Notes under the pieces: generated by a model
What the model was told of the DNA's origin: nothing
The model's database searches: none
What the model saw: only the letters and a program-made list of their open reading frames with translations
Assembly: GCA_964016885.1 (NCBI GenBank)
Contig: OZ024744.1
Coordinates: 83,948,001 to 84,012,000 of the forward strand
Origin: Eledone cirrhosa
Taxonomy: Eukaryota
Direction: 5' to 3'
DNA: 64,000 nucleotides
Shown here: positions 1-14,000 of the stretch, one piece after another
Layout: the number at the start of each line of letters is the position of its first letter
How positions within the stretch are numbered: position 1 is the stretch's first letter
Translations under genes and position numbers: made by a program

Positions 1-308
1 CACCCCAAAACAGGATGGCGTAGGACAGAACAAAGGAGAGGCACAAAACAAAGAAAAGTATCCCCGTTCACTGATGTGGTGACAGAATGTGTGACGAAAG
101 AACTTTGACAATATATGAACAACCGTCCGGTTGTGGAACTAATCAACCAACCGGAAATTTATAAAAAATGTTTAATTTATAATAAATTGGAGTCATAGCT
201 TGGTGCGTGTGTTTCTTATTGGCAACATGACCCTCCCAAAGTATAACAATATCGGTTTCAACACACGTTTTCAGATAAAGAATCTTGCTAAACAAATTCA
301 GAAACGAA

Positions 309-372
<64 letters not shown>

Positions 373-622
373 GAGAGGTATAGAGATTGTTTTAGCAAGA
401 AGCTAACGGCATTCTATAACATATATGCGACTATAACGTCAAGATGGGAAAAGTAGTTAACGAAAGATTTAGGAAAAATAACTCAAACTCATCTCAAAAG
501 AGAATCAGGATATAAATTCATCCACAGAATTTAGTGAAATCCGGGGAAAAATCTATAGACCTTTAACTCATGATAAAATAAAGTTTGAAACACTTATCCT
601 TCAATTTGGAATAACATCAAAT

Positions 623-703
623 GCTCTGTATAGTCTTAAAAGACTATTTCATGAAAACTTTCAGTGGAGATGGTCACGGTTGGATTTCATTCATCAGCAG
701 AGC
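623..703 (-). ncRNA. Type I hammerhead ribozyme (unit 1)
   Basis: Minus strand reads GCUCUG-CUGAUGA-AUGAAA[28-nt loop]UUUCAU-GAAA-UAGUCUU UU AAGACUA-UA/CAGAGC. The core is intact, all three stems are perfect, and the triplet is AUA. Confidence 0.85.
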
Positions 704-1253
704 TCAACAGAAAACCAGGGCTCTCACAGTAATATAATCCGAAAAAGGGAATTCTAAAACTGGCTAGTTTGCCTTCATGTGTAATTATGAAAAAGTACAA
801 TGAGGAAAAAACGGGGCTAGTGACGCCAGGATGGAAGTGAATGTTTATTTACAAGAAATAGCAGTCAAATACATTCTGAAAAAAACTCTACAAAAGGAGT
901 TCATCAAAATAGCAATAATTATCACAGTTTTTATGAAAAAAACCGGGATTAGTCACAGATAGTTTAAGCACTCTAGGAAAAGAATCCGAGTATAAATATA
1001 AATGAGAGGTATAGAGATTGTTTTAGCAAGAAGCTAACGGCATTCTATAACATATATGCGACTATAACGTCAAGATGGGAAAAGTAGTTAACGAAAGATT
1101 TAGGAAAAATAACTCAAACTCATCTCAAAAGAGAATCAGGATATAAATTCATCCACAGAATTTAGTGAAATCCGGGGGAAAATCTATAGACCTTTAACTC
1201 ATGATAAAATAAAGTTTGAAACACTTATCCTTCAATTTGGAATAACATCAAAT

Positions 1254-1334
1254 GCTCTGTATAGTCTTAAAAGACTATTTCATGAAAACTTTCAGTGGAG
1301 ATGGTCACGGTTGGATTTCATTCATCAGCAGAGC
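1254..1334 (-). ncRNA. Type I hammerhead ribozyme (unit 2)
   Basis: Same sequence as the 623-703 motif, 631 bp away. Confidence 0.85.
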
Positions 1335-1668
1335 TCAACAGAAAACCAGGGCTCTCACAGTAATATAATCCGAAAAAGGGAATTCTAAAACTGGCTAGTT
1401 CGCCTTCATGTGTAATTATGAAAAAGTACAATGAGGAAAAAACGGGGCTAGTGACGTCAGGATCGAAGTGAATGTTTATTTACAAGAAATAGCAGTCAAA
1501 TACATTCTGAAAAAAACTCTACAAAAGCAGTTCAGCAAAATAGCAATAATTATCACAGTTTTTATGAAAAAAACCGGGATTAGTCACAGATAGTTTAAGC
1601 ACTCTAGGAAAAGAATCCGAGTATAAATATAAATGAGAGGTATAGAGATTGTTTTAGCAATTGTTTTA

Positions 1669-1731
<63 letters not shown>

Positions 1732-1748
1732 TATACATATATATATAT

Positions 1749-1873
<125 letters not shown>

Positions 1874-1956
1874 GTTATATATATATAACATGTTGACTCC
1901 GGTAACAGCTATTCTCTGTGTTTTCTACATTATATTCTCAGAATATATATATGAGA

Positions 1957-2150
1957 GGGCGGTAGATTGGCAGTATCGGTAGAGGGTCGGACGCCATGCT
2001 TTGCAGCAAAGAGTTACATCCCTATATTGTCTGAGTTCAAACACAGCCGAGGTTAACTTTGCCTTTCATCCTTACGGGGTCGATAAAAGAGAGTACCAGT
2101 AATACACTGGAATAGATGCTGGCTTTGTGCCAAATGAAGTAACAATTATT
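1957..2150 (+). mobile_element. tRNA-derived SINE, family A
   Basis: A-box-like TGGCAGTATCGG and B-box-like GAGTTCAAA, followed by the conserved body GCCTTTCATCCTTACGGGGTCGATAAAA..GTACCAGT and an ATT-rich tail. Confidence 0.8.
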
Positions 2151-2209
2151 ATTTTATTAAACTAGGTATTTATGTACTTATTTTTCTACTACTCAATATA
2201 CACAGAGAT

Positions 2210-2665
2210 ATATATTTTTATATATATATATACGTATATATATATATGTATATTTATGTGTGAGTGTGTGCATATGTCTGTATATATGTACATGAACAAC
2301 AAATAGTTGTATGTATATGAGGTATATATATATATAAACTATTGTACGTTTATGTGTATGAATGTATGTTTATGTATGTATGTACATATAAGTATATATA
2401 TATAAGTATGTGTGTAATGTGTATGTATATATGTATATATGTCTATTTATCCCTGATGTATAGGTGTATAATATATATATATATATACATATATGTATAT
2501 ATATATTTATTTATATATATATAAATATTTATTTATATATATAAATACATATATATATACATATAAATACAAGTATATATATACATATATAAATACACAT
2601 AAATACATATATATATATATATAAAGTATATATATGTACATATATATATGTATATATATATATAT

Positions 2666-2709
<44 letters not shown>

Positions 2710-2777
2710 AGTATATATATGTACGTATATATATGTATATATATATACACATATATCTATATATATATACATATATA

Positions 2778-2813
<36 letters not shown>

Positions 2814-2849
2814 CATATACATATATATATATATATACATATATATGTA

Positions 2850-2883
<34 letters not shown>

Positions 2884-2927
2884 CATATATATGTATATAT
2901 ATATATATATATACATTTATATGTATA

Positions 2928-3014
<87 letters not shown>

Positions 3015-3019
3015 TATAC

Positions 3020-3054
<35 letters not shown>

Positions 3055-3434
3055 CATATATATACATATATATACATACATATATATATATATATACATA
3101 TATATATACATATATATATACATATATATATACACATATATATACGCACACACACACATATATATATACACATATATAAATATATATATATATATATGCG
3201 TGCTGTCGTATAATTCAGCGTATTTCTCAATACCTCCCTAAGTAAACAATAATTAGATGTCTAAACGCTACATTTAACCTCACAACAATCTCTATGACTA
3301 TGAGGAAGTAAATGTATTGTTTGAAACCATTGAATAAATTCTTAAGCCTCAACACAAAACCAGCCCTGCTATTCTGATTCACATTTTCAATCACGCCTCT
3401 GCATCCTTTGTTACACATACACACCCATGCTACG

Positions 3435-3465
<31 letters not shown>

Positions 3466-3496
3466 ACATACACACACACATACAAACACACACATA

Positions 3497-3540
<44 letters not shown>

Positions 3541-3717
3541 TAGGCACACGCATACACGCATACACACATACACACATATACACACTTATGTTCTCTATCA
3601 CACTTCCATACAAATATTAATACGTACATACGTAAAAATATGCACACGTGTGCCTATATAATGTATATATAAATATGTATCCATACATTGTATATATACA
3701 TATATATGTATTTAAGT

Positions 3718-3752
<35 letters not shown>

Positions 3753-3758
3753 TTATGT

Positions 3759-3821
<63 letters not shown>

Positions 3822-3827
3822 TTATGT

Positions 3828-3888
<61 letters not shown>

Positions 3889-3910
3889 TTATGTTGTGTA
3901 TATATATAAA
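2210..3910. repeat. Compound (TA)n/(TACA)n/(CA)n microsatellite field
   Basis: Directly visible; source of the poly-IY and poly-HT pseudo-ORFs. Confidence 0.95.
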
Positions 3911-4054
3911 AGTGGTGTGGAGCTCGTCAAATCTGACCGAGGGAAACAATATTTTCATTGGTCTTTCTAATGGCTAATATTATCTACCGCTCGTAAATCC
4001 AGTCCAGGCAGAAGGAGTAATGTGCAATAAAGTGTCTTGCTCAAGGACATAACT

Positions 4055-4378
4055 GTTTCTACTTTTGGCACAAGGCCAGCAATTATCCCAGTGTATTACT
4101 GGTACTTTATTTTATCGACCCCCGTAGGGATGAAAGGCAAAGTTAACCTCGGTAGTATTTGAACTCAGAATGGCAAGGGCCGTAACTCTATGCGTCAAAG
4201 CATGGCGTCCGACCCTCTATCGATACTGCCAATCCACCGACCTTTATTTTATCGACCCCGTAAGGATGAAAGGCAAAGTTAACCTCGGCGGGATTTGAAC
4301 TCAGATCGTAAAGGGACGTAACTATGCTACAAAGCATGGCGTCCGACTCTCTACCGATACTTCCAATTCACCGCCCCT
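4055..4378 (-). mobile_element. Two tandem family A SINE copies
   Basis: Reverse complement of the SINE body occurs twice (ATCGACCCCGTAAGGATGAAAGGCAAAGTTAACCTCGG). Confidence 0.8.
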
Positions 4379-4519
4379 CTATATATACACAAATAATGAT
4401 TCAGCGAGAATCGCATTTTCGGCGGGCAGGAAAAGCGCAGCGAAACGCAAAAATCAGAAATGATACTGGCAAAGTGCTCAATAGTTAAAAACCATATATA
4501 TATTGGTACCTTTGAAATA

Positions 4520-5400
4520 TCTGTATATATATAAAATTAAGTATGTGTGTGTTCGTGTATTACCTATAGGGGCCTAGATCTTACGACCGATTTTCATGAA
4601 ACTTTACAGGCTCGTAGATTAGTCATCGAGGAGTGTTTTCTATATATCAGCGTATGGTTTTTTTTCTGGGGTCATTCTGCAGATAAAAATCGATAGAGGA
4701 GGTCACCTTTTTTTAGGTATCGAAAAATAAGATTTTTGGCTCTAGCTCCCACATTTTGCCACCGATTTCGTTCAAATTGTAAAGCAAAATAGAATTTATC
4801 ATTGCACATCCTGTACTGGTGTTATATTTTACATTTGTTGTTCAGGGCTTGGCAGCCTCTTAAATATTCAAAAATACCACTTTTATACTCAAATTTCCAC
4901 TTTTTCGGCTCTAGCTCCCACATTAATCAACCTACTGTGTTCATATTTTACACTACGTTAGATCTGATTATTTCACGTCTTAAAGTGGCTTTAGATTTTG
5001 GATTCTTTTTCAGGAACAGCGTGGCAGCCGCTTCAATATTCTAAAATACCACCTTTTCGAACAAATTTCCACCTTTTCGGCTCTAGCTCCCACATTTTTC
5101 AACCGATTTCGTTCAAATTCGAAACTTCGGCTGCACCTCACACATAAATTAATTTATTTGGTTCAACTTTTATACTACACTAAAACCTATCATTGCACAT
5201 CTTATAGTAGCTTTACACTTTGCATTTTTTGTTCAGCGACGGCGACCTATCATTAGCTCTCACATTTTTCAACCGATTTCGTTCAAATTCGAAACTTCGG
5301 CTCCACCTCACATATAAATCAATTTATTTGGTTCAACTTTATCAATTTATTTGGTTCAATACTACGATAGAACCTGTCATTGCACATCTTATAGATGGTC
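4520..5400 (+). mobile_element. Non-autonomous Helitron-like element with ~170-bp internal repeats
   Basis: Starts A|TCTGTATATATATAAAA..GTGTGT..CCGATTTTCATGAAACTT, like the 60421 element. GGCTCTAGCTCCCACATT recurs at ~4738, 4906 and 5078, with a degenerate copy at ~5252. No CTAG end was found. Confidence 0.45.
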
Positions 5401-5834
5401 AAAGGCAAAACGATGGCCACTGACGTCGTCTGAGCTTTTAGTTGTGTATTTGAGAATTGATCGGTTTCCAATCAAGTAGCGTGAGGAAATTTGGCTTAGT
5501 GTTAGAGGTCATTATGCATCTAAATGATTTCGTGTTCGGCTCTGGGCCAAGTGCCCTACGATAGCGTGGTGTTGATCAATATCTGATGAGCGAAATTGAA
5601 TGTTGACCCTCGCATTCCGCATATATCGAATGAGAAAAATTGCTCCAATCAGCTGAGACTATTTTCCCTGTTTCAAGACTGAATATCACTTTGGGATTGT
5701 TCAAACCACAAGAGAGATCTCCTGAAGCCTGCGTTGGACTCTTTTGCTTCTATTTCAAGTGTTAAACTAATATATTTCCTCAGTGTCGTTTGCTTTGTTG
5801 TTTCTGTTTACTTTATTATACACAGACACACACA

Positions 5835-5914
<80 letters not shown>

Positions 5915-6266
5915 AAAGATAAACTAAACATGCCTGAGTTGTATATAGATATGCATGTATGTGACTTTCCCTTTAAGTGTACACTCCTTAAGAAACGATT
6001 ATGTATGTTAATGTCCTCTACTATGAGATCTCAACTAATAGTGATTGATAATATAATTACCTGGCTTAATTTTTTTTTATTACTGTAGTAGATATCGACA
6101 AAATATTTCACGGCGATGCTACATGGCCGAAGTTGATTCGCTGAAATAAATGCACAGTGCAACGTTAGTTTAAGAAATGATACAACGGGTGTCGCTGGAT
6201 ATTCTCTGTGGCAATGCTATTTTGTCCTGAGATATGCCGCCTAGACTGGTATGTAAAGTCTGATGA

Positions 6267-6372
<106 letters not shown>

Positions 6373-6744
6373 GCTATTCTATTAGTCAATAACAATTCCG
6401 TATACTTTAGTGCTACCATACGAACGAGGTATTGAGGACACAAGTTATGGTTCCTTTTTTCTCTTCGATCCTCTACATCTGGAGACATAGTTACCTCGTG
6501 AGTATTTTAAATTCAGGAAATATAGAGTACGATTATGAAAAAAAAAAACAAAAAAATTCAATTGAAAAGGATTGGTTAATTTATTCCAGTTTTTTTCAAT
6601 TCCTGGAGACGGGCGCTCCGTATGAATATATGTTAATGACTATGTAACTATAAAGCCGCATATACACGTTAAAACGCGTATCAAATGATGGGAATTGAGG
6701 AATCCTTTCCTGTTTTTATCAATAATACTAATGGTTTCTTATAT

Positions 6745-7207
6745 AGGCGCAGGGCCAGCATATTTGGGGGAGGGGAAAGTCGATTAAATCGACCCCAGTG
6801 CGTGATTGGTACTTTATTTATCGACCCCGTAAGGATGAATGGCAAAGTTAAGCTCAGCGGAATTTGAACTCACATCATAAAGGGACGTAACACTATGCTT
6901 CAAAGCATGGTGTCCGACTCTCTACCGATACTGCTAATCCACCGTCCAAAATAATTGTTTCTACTTTTGGCACAAGGCCAGCAATAAACCAGTGTATTAC
7001 TGGTACTTTATTTGATCGACCCCGTAAGGATGAAAAGCAAAGTTAACCTCGGCGGGATTTGAACTCAGAATGGCAAGGGCCGTAACTATGCGTCAAAGCA
7101 TGGCGTCCGACCCTCTACCGATACTGCCAATCCACCGCCCTATTAATAATAATTGTTTCTACTTTTGGCACAAGGCCAGCAAATACCCAGTACATGACTG
7201 GTACTTT
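6745..7207 (-). mobile_element. Cluster of family A SINEs (2 full, 1 partial)
   Basis: Repeated reverse-complement SINE body. Confidence 0.8.
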
Positions 7208-7231
7208 AATAATAATAATAATAATAATAAT

Positions 7232-7637
7232 AAAACACAATGGGCCTGACCTGGTGGTTTTGGACAAGGAAAAAAGATTGTGCCTGATTGTAAATGTAGC
7301 CTGCCCATTTGACACAAGAGTGCAAGAGAAGAAGAGGGAGAAAATTAACCGATACCAGGACTTAAAGTGGGAGGTAAAAAGGATTTGGAACTGCCATGAA
7401 GTCAAGGTCGTCCCGATTGTCATAGGCGCACTAGGTACTATCTCAAAGAGTTTCCAAGGATGGTTAAAGAAGATTAGACCAGCCCCGCTGTTTGGAACAC
7501 TTCAAAAGACATGCTTGCTGGGAACAGCAAGAACCCTCCGATACGTCCTGAATATCTGAGGCTGAAGGTAGCGGCTTGATATTTATTTCAACAAACTTTC
7601 CAGTTAAATAACATCAATGTCTGAGACTCAAAGAACA
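7232..7637 (+). mobile_element. 5'-truncated R4/Dong-clade LINE (restriction-like endonuclease plus 3' UTR) in (TAA)n
   Basis: ORF 7194-7559 reads PDLVVLDK..VACP..EKINRYQDL..W..VVPIVIGALG, a restriction-like endonuclease motif. (TAA)n lies on both sides. Confidence 0.8.
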
Positions 7638-7699
7638 ATAATAATAATTATTATTATTATATATATGTGTGTGTGTATAAAGTCTAAAGTCTGTAAGCC

Positions 7700-7900
7700 A
7701 GAAGGTTCATTTGGCCGGTGCTTGTCTTGGTTTCATGACGTGAAGCGACTGAGAGTACAAGACTTCCCCTAGACAGGACGCCAGTCAATCGCAGGGTTAA
7801 ACTACAGCTGTTGCTGGTACTCATTTTCAGCTGGGCGTATTAGAGCAATGTGTTTTGCTCGTCTGTGGTATGAACCCAGGACCATCTCATGATCACGCAG
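7700..7900 (-). mobile_element. Degenerate tRNA-derived SINE, family B-like
   Basis: GGTTCATACC B-box and GCTCTAATACGCCCAGCTGAAAATGAGTACC body on the minus strand. Confidence 0.5.
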
Positions 7901-7904
7901 CTCG

Positions 7905-8140
7905 ACAACTTGGACATGTTAGACTGGAAATGACCTGTCTCAGCACTTCCAAATCATCAATGGCGTGAAACATGGTTGCCTTTTTGCCCCAACTATATCT
8001 TCTTAATTTGTCAGCATGGCGCTGAAAAACCACGAAAGAGCTACAAAGGGACGAGAAGAACTACATCAGATTCCGCACTGATGGAAGCAGCTCCAGGCAC
8101 ATACCAAGACCACAGAAAAACTGATCCAAGAGAAATCGTG
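7905..8140 (+). pseudogene. RTE-clade reverse transcriptase fragment
   Basis: FQIINGVKHGCLFAPTI and YIRFRTDG resemble RTE RT motifs (NGVKQGCVLAPTLF); frameshifted. Confidence 0.6.
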
Positions 8141-8264
8141 TCTGCCAGGTGGAGAGGAAAACACGACGGAAAAGCTGCGACAGAGTGGAGCTGAGCACAG
8201 CACAAACAATTCCCTGCCATCAGGTATGTGTGTATGTATATATGTATGTATGTATATATGTATG

Positions 8265-8805
8265 TTATGTCGGGTCACTCCTGAGTGCTACTGGTAACAT
8301 GTAATCCAGTACAACCTGTCGCATGGTCGGGTCGTCGTCAACTAATCTTGCAACCCCACCAAGTTTACTTGGTGAGGAGGAGGATTTTGGGCACCCTGCA
8401 GGACAAATAACAAAACCTAACAAGGGGCGGAAGAACTCATAAGAGTCAACGGCCATGCAAAAGTGTGTAAATATGTATATACACATGTACCGCGTGGTTA
8501 AACCACTGGGAGTGAAGGACCCCTAGCCTTTGTCAGGGCATTCTTCTAGGAGAAGGCAACTCAGGAAACTGGGATAATTCCGAGATAAAACCTGCGGCTC
8601 AGTAGTTACCGATGATGTTGATATTTTCTTCTTTTCGGGTTATAGGTACTGTCGCACAGAGAGTGGGATTGGCTCAGTGCACAGTCTTTCCTCACTTTAA
8701 AAAATATCTTCACCCACAGGCATCGCACGATAGAATTAATTAATAATTATTAATAATGGTATATCGTGCAATGGCCATACTCGATAACGAGGGGGAAGCC
8801 ATCAT
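8265..8805 (+). mobile_element. Non-autonomous RTE-derived element (5'-UTR-like part plus 3' hairpin and (ATGT)n tail)
   Basis: AGCCTTTGTCAGGGCATTCTTCTAGGAGAAGGCAACTC motif. Ends GGCCATACTCGATAACGAGGGGGAAGCCATCAT followed by ATGT repeats. A homologous copy lies at 12065-12710. Confidence 0.65.
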
Positions 8806-9675
8806 ATATGTATGTATGGATGGATGGATGGATGCATGTGTGTGTGTATGTATGTGTGACTGTGTATGTATGCATGCATGCAGGTATGTATGCATTATGA
8901 ACGTATGCATGCATGTATGTATATATGTATGAATGTATGCAGATGTTTACGCACGTACATATATGTGTGTGAGTGTGTGTTTGAGTGTGTGTGTTTGTGT
9001 GTGAGTGTGAGTGTTTGTGTGTGTGTGTGCGTGTGTGTATGTGTACAAGAATGACGCGCTCGCCAAAGTGCTTGAATTTTAGATGTCAATTGGTGTCAAT
9101 CTAAACTTTAATAATGAAAGGAGTGCGGGACTGGGTCCAGAATATTTTTTTTTTATCCCGTTTGTAAAATAAGTTGGATTACTTTGAATAAATAATGAAA
9201 TAATAAATTTCGTGGCTGTTCATTAAATATATTTTATTACTTATTTAAAGATTCACTTCTTTAAAATTGTCAAATGACAACACTTCCGGTTAGCGATCGC
9301 TTAAATAAACATTCATATATTTCTGTCACTAATTTTCTCCTAATGCAGTTTATATATAACATCGTCTTTTTTTTAATGTATCATGGATTATGTTACTGAT
9401 TACATAAGACAGTGTAACGCAGTCTTCGTTCAATTTCTGTGTATATTGTCGATTACGATTTTATTTGATGAATCATATCTACATGCATATATACTTGCAG
9501 AAAAACCACTCTCGGTTGGTTTTTCTGCAAGTAAATTTAATAAATGAATAAAACACTATTTCGGAGCAAAAAAGACATCATTTCGATTCGGCGCAAAGCT
9601 GTATAACCTAACGGAATTCCAGAAAGTGCACAAATTACTCTAGAATTGTGACATATGTATATGTGTGTGTGTTGG

Positions 9676-9747
<72 letters not shown>

Positions 9748-10615
9748 GCGTGTGTGTGTGTGCGTGCGCATGTGTGTGTGTATGCGCGCGTGTGTTATTA
9801 TTTTCTTGTGGGTCGTGTATCGTTAAGATTGTCAGTAAATCGCGTTGTTTCTTTGTACTTGCTCGTCTAAAGTCACCTTTGTAAGGGTTTTAAAGCTCAC
9901 ATGACGTACCTTTATAACTATTGTCGTTCTTCAACTGCATCGCACGTCATCATCATCAACTTTAATTCTGTTTGGCAAAACATACATTTTCAACTGCAGT
10001 GTTATAACGCGTGCAAATGAAATATTTGATTCGGATATTGGTGAGGCGCTCTTGAGCAGTTAATGACAATTTTAGGATCATATCTTTCTTTGTTCTGATT
10101 TTTTTTGTTATTCACTGAACCGATGTCTTTGTTTAGTTTGGTACTACGTACTCTGGGGTCTCGAATAATGGTCCACACCCCACCGCTCCCTTCACCGCTC
10201 ATTAGTTTTTCGGATCTATTCCAATCCTCCGAATCTTATTTCTACCTCACGGCTTATTAAATTTTGCTAATTGATCTCTGGCGAAATTTTATTTTGATTG
10301 GTAGCATTCTTGTGACAATCAATTTTTTTGAGACTTTAAAAAACATTACCTATGACAAAATCCCATATGTTATAAAAAATAAATAGGATTGTCTGTATGT
10401 ATATACATACTACTGTACGTCTGTATACATATATGTATGTACGTATACATACCTATATTTAAGTATCAGCCGTACTAAGAGTGAGAAATGAAATTTCATT
10501 TTTTCCATTTATCGTTTTCGGTACGCAAGGCCGACTAACTCACTTGATATGCAAATTAGGGTTCTCAGCCGTTAATATGCATAAGGAAAGTATATACTTT
10601 CAACCGTTCAATCGA

Positions 10616-10684
10616 TTGGCAGGAAGGTATACGGTGCTGATGACAGCCAAGAAGCTAGAAACTAGTTCATAGTTTCTTTGTCAA
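10616..10684 (+). ncRNA. Minimal type I hammerhead-like motif
   Basis: ACGGUG-CUGAUGA-C AGC CAAGAA GCU A-GAAA-CUAG-UU/CAUAGU. Stem III is the palindrome ACUAGU and stem I has one mismatch. The flanking element recurs inverted at ~51930-52105. Confidence 0.55.
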
Positions 10685-10844
10685 CGTTGGACAAAAGGGC
10701 AACGATGGTTGCCGAACACTGTACGGCTTAATTCCGTAATAAATGTTCGGTAAACACATACGTACATATATATATGTGTTCATGTATGTATGTATATACA
10801 TACTACTGTATGTCTGTATACATATATGTATGTACTTGTACGTA

Positions 10845-10932
<88 letters not shown>

Positions 10933-11022
10933 CATACATATATGTGTGTGTGACTGCGTGAGTTTGTATGTGTGTGTGTTTGTGTGTGTGTGTGCGAGAT
11001 GATGATATTTATGGACCCGTAA

Positions 11023-11057
<35 letters not shown>

Positions 11058-11171
11058 ATTAGGAATTAGGATGTTGTGCTCTGAAATAGCGATGTATACA
11101 TAAATGTATGTATAGTATATTTGGCAATATACTATATGTTATCGGTTTTAAAGTAGTGACTATGTCACTTC

Positions 11172-11261
11172 TTTTCGGCGGAAGAAGGTAGAGAAGCTAA
11201 CAGTCTGTTTCACGCTGTTTGGCGATCATCAGAGCCACGCACTCCCTGCTTCCGCCGAAAA
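11172..11261 (-). ncRNA. Type I hammerhead ribozyme with extended stem I
   Basis: GGCU-CUGAUGA-U CGC CAAACA GCG U-GAAA-CAGACUG-UU/AGCU, closed by a distal 13-bp helix UUUUCGGCGGAAG/CUUCCGCCGAAAA. Confidence 0.7.
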
Positions 11262-11667
11262 TTATAGAAGCTGGATTCTTATAGAATTCCAGTAATAATC
11301 AGGAGCTGATTATACAGAGCGATTGCCGGTCCAGCGAAAATTAGGTATTAGGATTGCTGCTCTGAAAAAGGTAGATATAGATGCGTTATCGGATCTCCGT
11401 CGTGCCCGAAGACGTGTGCTCCATTTGAGTCAAGCAAACGTGCTGCCAGCTCCTGGAATTAATGTAAGTAGGTCATTCATTTTTGCCAGCTGAGTAGACG
11501 GGAGCAACATGAATTAAAGTTTCAAGAACACAACGCGCCACTTGATCCGAGAATCGAACTTACGACCATATAATCATGGGCCGGGAACTCTATCATCTAA
11601 GGCAAATGGATATTCCAACAATTTAGCTTGGCTCTCTTAACTTCATACATTTATAATATACATACAT

Positions 11668-11733
<66 letters not shown>

Positions 11734-11769
11734 AATTCTGGTAATATTATTACAATATGAACCTCCCCA

Positions 11770-11816
<47 letters not shown>

Positions 11817-11892
11817 TGCTATGTATTGAGTACCTTACTGTGGTTACCTCCGATTCAACCCGGAATAACTTATATATCTATCTATATACATG

Positions 11893-11963
<71 letters not shown>

Positions 11964-11970
11964 ACACACG

Positions 11971-12042
<72 letters not shown>

Positions 12043-12064
12043 CATTCATAGATACTTACATACA

Positions 12065-12710
12065 TGATGGATGCCCCCTTTATCGAGTATGGCCATTGCA
12101 CGATGTAACACTATTAATAATTATCAATTAATTGTTTCTACTTTTGGCACAAGGCCAGCAATCATACCAGTGTATTACTGGTACTTTATTTTATCGACCC
12201 CGTGAGGATGAAAGGCAAGGTTAACCTTGGCGGGATTTGAACTCACACCATAAAGGACCGTAATTCTATGCTGAAAAGCATGGCGCCCAACCCTCTACCG
12301 ATACTGCCAATCCACCGCCAATTAATGCCATCGTGCAATACCGGTGAGTGAAGATTTTTTTTTAAAGTGAGGAAAGACTGTGCACTGAGCCAATCCCACT
12401 CCCTGAGTGACAGCAGCTATAACCCGAAAAGAATAAAAGTTCCACATCATCGGTAACTACTGAGTTGTAGATTTTATATCGGAGTTATCCCAGTTTCCTG
12501 AGTTGTCTTGCTCTAGAAGAATGCCCTGTCAAAGGCTAGGGGTCCTTCACTCCCAGTGGTTTAACCGCGCAATCGGGTATCCAGCCCGATTATATTTATG
12601 TCCCCGCGCATATACATATGCATATACATATATACATATATACATATATACACATATACATACACATTTTTGGATGGCCGTTGACTATTATGAGTTCCTT
12701 TACCCTTATG
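12065..12710 (-). mobile_element. Second copy of the RTE-derived non-autonomous element, interrupted by a family A SINE (12130-12320)
   Basis: Reverse-complement match to 8430-8805; (TACA)n flanks. Confidence 0.65.
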
Positions 12711-13778
12711 CATACATACATACATACATACATACATACATACATACATACATACATACATACATACATACATACATACATACATACATACATACTTACT
12801 TACTTACATACATACATATATTTGTTAATATATATATCCAAAATTAAAATTAAGGGTTGTCATGTCAGAGAGACATGCGCCATATCCACCGTAGAATAAG
12901 CTCAAAGATTAGATCCGAGCATTACATATCAACTAGAAATAGATTGACATATATATAAATATAAAATAAATACATGAAATACATAAATACATAAATTGGT
13001 GAACATCCCAGAATTTAACTGCTGTGATTTACGGATTAATAGGTGAAATATATTTCTTACTTAAAGAAATATATCCAAAGGAGATTAATCATTTTAAAAG
13101 GTATCTATATTTGAAGTTCTAGTCAAACTTTAATTAGTTACCTACCTAGCTATGTGTGCTTACATTCTTTACAAATTATTCCCTGTGATTGTTTCATGTA
13201 TTTATTTTATATATATATATATATATGTCAATCTATTTCTAGTTGATATATTAATATATATGTATTTATGTATATATGAACATGTATTTATATACATATA
13301 TGTATGTATGCGTGTATGTGTGTATGTATGAATGTATGTGTGCACGTATGTATTCACCTAAGTATGTTTTCAGACAAGAGACAAGGCAACGAAGAAATAC
13401 TGAACAAACCAGAGACGGTACACGTTCAAACGCGAGATGCAAGTAACGATACATACCGAAGCGAACACACGAACACAATTTAGACACCCAAACACACACT
13501 CAATAGATAACATTTTAACATGCCACACTACATTATATGGAGCATACAATACACACGAGCATACATTACAAATAAGCATGCATAAACATAACACTGTAAG
13601 TTACTGTTGTTGGATTTGATGTTAATGTTTCGTCCAAGGTCAGCCATGAATGTTTTGTAGACATATACACGTATGATAAGACATATATATATATAAGAAG
13701 ACATCCTTGCCATGACCAACACCACAAATACCGCATTTCAAAGACTATAGTGCGTCCTTTGTTTGTTTTTTAAGACAG

Positions 13779-13830
<52 letters not shown>

Positions 13831-14000
13831 ATAATAATAAATTTGAAGACTAAAATCCAAAGAGGGCTCGATAAGGATAAATATATATCAAATATATAAG
13901 AACCGTAGAGCAAATATTTATTAAAATAACAGATTAAACAGAAGATCCCGTTAAGGGTGAAAGCAGCGATTCTTTGCTTAAACTTTAATCTGTTATTTTA

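Larger units (their letters stand above)
365..1671 (-). mobile_element. Non-coding 631-bp head-to-tail tandem repeat (2 units plus ~30 bp) with one hammerhead per unit; retrozyme-like or non-autonomous Penelope-type element in (TA)n
   Basis: ATGAGAGGTATAGAGATTG recurs at 371, 1002 and 1633 (period 631). Units differ by only a few substitutions. (TA)n flanks both sides and no real ORF is present. Confidence 0.8.

Noticed and set aside
62-112. CTGATGTGGTGACAGAATGTGTGACGAAA hammerhead-like string
   Set aside because: A9 is changed and stems I and III are poor; at best a decayed relic.
5576-5606. CAATAT-CTGATGA-GC-GAAA-TTGA-ATGTTG
   Set aside because: No room for stem II and no valid UH site; likely chance.
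8265-8360. Possible HDV-like ribozyme at the 5' end of the RTE-derived element
   Set aside because: I could not build a consistent P1 and P1.1 pseudoknot by eye.
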